The notes below the pieces were generated by a model. That model was not told the origin of the DNA, searched no databases, and saw nothing but the letters and a program-made list of their open reading frames with translations. Both the position numbers and the translations under genes were made by a program. A DNA stretch of 52,668 nucleotides from a virus (lineage: Duplodnaviria; Caudoviricetes): the IMG/VR virus record IMGVR_UViG_3300025010_000079, positions 1-52,668 of that record. One strand, written 5' to 3'. This document shows positions 51,191-52,668 of this stretch, piece by piece. Within the stretch, counting starts at the first letter, position 1; each line of letters begins with the position of its first letter.

Positions 51191-51442
51191 ATGTCTATTA
51201 AACTTCCTATTGTGAATGTTAAAGATATCAATTGGAATAATCATGATTCGTCTTTTAATATATTCCAAGATATTGTAGTTGGAGATATTGCGGTTATCGA
51301 GAATAAATCTGAATGTATTCTCCCTTTAGATGATGGTGAATATTGTGTTACTATTGATAATGGTAATGTATTTATTGAAGAAGCATTTTCGTATGAAGAA
51401 TGCAAAGTATTGTTTGGAGATGAATTCAATTATAACAATTGA
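51191..51442 (+). CDS. Acidic hypothetical protein
   Basis: AAAGGA RBS. Confidence 0.65.
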   Translation: MSIKLPIVNVKDINWNNHDSSFNIFQDIVVGDIAVIENKSECILPLDDGEYCVTIDNGNVFIEEAFSYEECKVLFGDEFNYNN

Positions 51443-51498
51443 CCCTTCGAAACTATTAACTTATGGGATTTACCTAAAATTTAAAGGAGTGAAGAATA

Positions 51499-51630
51499 GT
51501 GAATAAATATGAATTAGTTATCGAATTATTAAAACTTACAAATTTCAGTGAAGAATTACTAATGAGTTATTCTACTGAAGAACTTGAAGAAGCATATAAT
51601 AACTTGAAAGGAGCAATAAAACATGAATGA
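51499..51630 (+). CDS. 43-aa helical peptide (not in ORF track)
   Basis: AAAGGAG RBS, GTG start, overlaps the next ATG. Confidence 0.55.
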   Translation: MNKYELVIELLKLTNFSEELLMSYSTEELEEAYNNLKGAIKHE

Positions 51631-51994
51631 TGAACCAAATTCCGTGGATTCAATAAATCTCAATACCTTAAAAGGAATCATAGGTGAAGAATGTTATTGG
51701 ATAGGGCAAACTATTACCTTAGATGAAGCCAAAAAGGGAATTGACGAAGTTGAAGAAATTAATGCAATGTTTGAAGACTTTTCAGAACAGACTAGAGAAT
51801 GGCATTTAGGACGTATCAAGCATTTTGTTAATAATCCTGATATGATTACTCCTATAACAATTGATGATAATTGTTGCGGTAATGTACAAATTATTGATGG
51901 GAATCACAGATACTTAGCCAAATTGATTCTAAATCATAATAAAATTGATTGCTCATATAGTGGTCTGGTATCTACATTGGATTATTTAAGGTAA
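51623..51994 (+). CDS. ParB/Srx-like domain protein
   Basis: TPITID...IIDGNHRYLA. Confidence 0.75.
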   Translation: MNDEPNSVDSINLNTLKGIIGEECYWIGQTITLDEAKKGIDEVEEINAMFEDFSEQTREWHLGRIKHFVNNPDMITPITIDDNCCGNVQIIDGNHRYLAKLILNHNKIDCSYSGLVSTLDYLR

Positions 51995-52045
51995 ATGGTA
52001 TCAAATGAAAAGCAAGGTTTATCGTATTTGAAAGGAATGATTTAA

Positions 52046-52261
52046 ATGGAAAAGACTAAAGAACAGCATTATACTGAAGTAGTTAATAAGATGCTTCAAA
52101 GGGAATTAGAAGACCTTAAAAAGATTGTTGAAGATGTTGAAAGCTTAATAAATGCAGATGGAATAGACATTGATTTGAAAGCAATTAGAGTGTTAGAGCA
52201 GATGCAAAAAGTTAAATTTGACACTACTATTTTTAGAGAACTTCAAGAAATGAAACGATGA
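52046..52261 (+). CDS. Hypothetical protein
   Basis: AAAGGA RBS. Confidence 0.7.
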   Translation: MEKTKEQHYTEVVNKMLQRELEDLKKIVEDVESLINADGIDIDLKAIRVLEQMQKVKFDTTIFRELQEMKR

Positions 52262-52307
52262 AAGCAATGTTGCTAGAAAATCAATAACAGGAAGGACAGT
52301 GTGAATT

Positions 52308-52514
52308 ATGACATATACAAAATATGTATTAAAATGGGAAGATAAAAACAAAGGTTATATCGGTGTTATGTGTGGTTATGTTGATATATCTGATGCTGTG
52401 CAATATGATACGATTGAAGATATAAGGCAAGCACAAACTCGAATTAAAAACAGGTTTAACTTAGAAACAAAAATATTCGAATTGATTATGATGATTGGTC
52501 AAGAAATTATTTAG
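52308..52514 (+). CDS. Hypothetical protein
   Basis: GAAGGA RBS. Confidence 0.7.
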   Translation: MTYTKYVLKWEDKNKGYIGVMCGYVDISDAVQYDTIEDIRQAQTRIKNRFNLETKIFELIMMIGQEII

Positions 52515-52560
52515 CATAAAAAGTAAAATTTAATTGAATTAAAGAAAGGAAGTATGTAAA

Positions 52561-52668
52561 ATGATTGAATTTAAAATTTATAACAATGAACTAAAAGAGG
52601 TTGCCGAGGAAGAATCAGTGGTAAGAGCATGTAAAAAAGCAAAAGACATAAATGGTTTTGTTGGAGTA
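52561..52668 (+). CDS. Hypothetical protein, truncated by window end
   Basis: AAAGGA RBS then ATG; frame open to the end. Confidence 0.6.
   Translation, partial: MIEFKIYNNELKEVAEEESVVRACKKAKDINGFVGV

Larger units (their letters stand above)
1..52668. mobile_element. Part of a large SPbeta-like temperate phage/prophage genome
   Basis: Portal, terminase, YonO-like RNAP, HU and metallophosphoesterase in SPbeta yonO-yonN-yonJ-yonG-yonF-yonE order. Firmicute-type RBS (AAGGAGG) and sigma-A promoters. No host housekeeping genes. Confidence 0.92.

Noticed and set aside
5019-51429. Short ORFs antisense to or nested within longer genes (e.g. 5019-5381, 12770-13033, 15153-15434, 17382-17735, 46544-46786)
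   Set aside because: Shadow frames of well-supported genes, with no RBS or motifs.
1-52668. CRISPR array or rRNA
   Set aside because: No regularly spaced direct repeats with unique spacers; no rRNA-like sequence seen.

Overview
AT-rich segment of a large SPbeta-like temperate phage or prophage of a Bacillota (probably clostridial) host. The left arm (1-30.5 kb, minus strand) follows SPbeta gene order: YonO-type single-subunit RNA polymerase, PIN-PhoH, HU, metallophosphoesterase, putative small terminase, large terminase and portal. The terminase is split by an ORF-less 292-nt group I intron in its Walker B motif. A 2.2-kb skewed non-coding region at about 33-35 kb separates this arm from a plus-strand early region of many small genes with sigma-A promoters and anti-defence-type domains (DUF932, DUF262, DarA-C-like, adenine MTase, ArdC-N-like). 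Best candidates for undescribed systems: (1) a self-contained three-gene operon encoding a MazG-like protein, a radical SAM enzyme and an arm-less SerRS catalytic domain; (2) a coiled-coil protein followed by a ~390-nt structured RNA closed by a long-range stem; (3) a 6-6-6 palindrome repeated just after the stop codons of accessory genes; (4) a boxA-containing structured leader followed by a chain of long RNA stems, one enclosing an entire gene. The RNA polymerase and one other gene appear to start at ATT. All family assignments come from motif recognition by eye, not from database searches.
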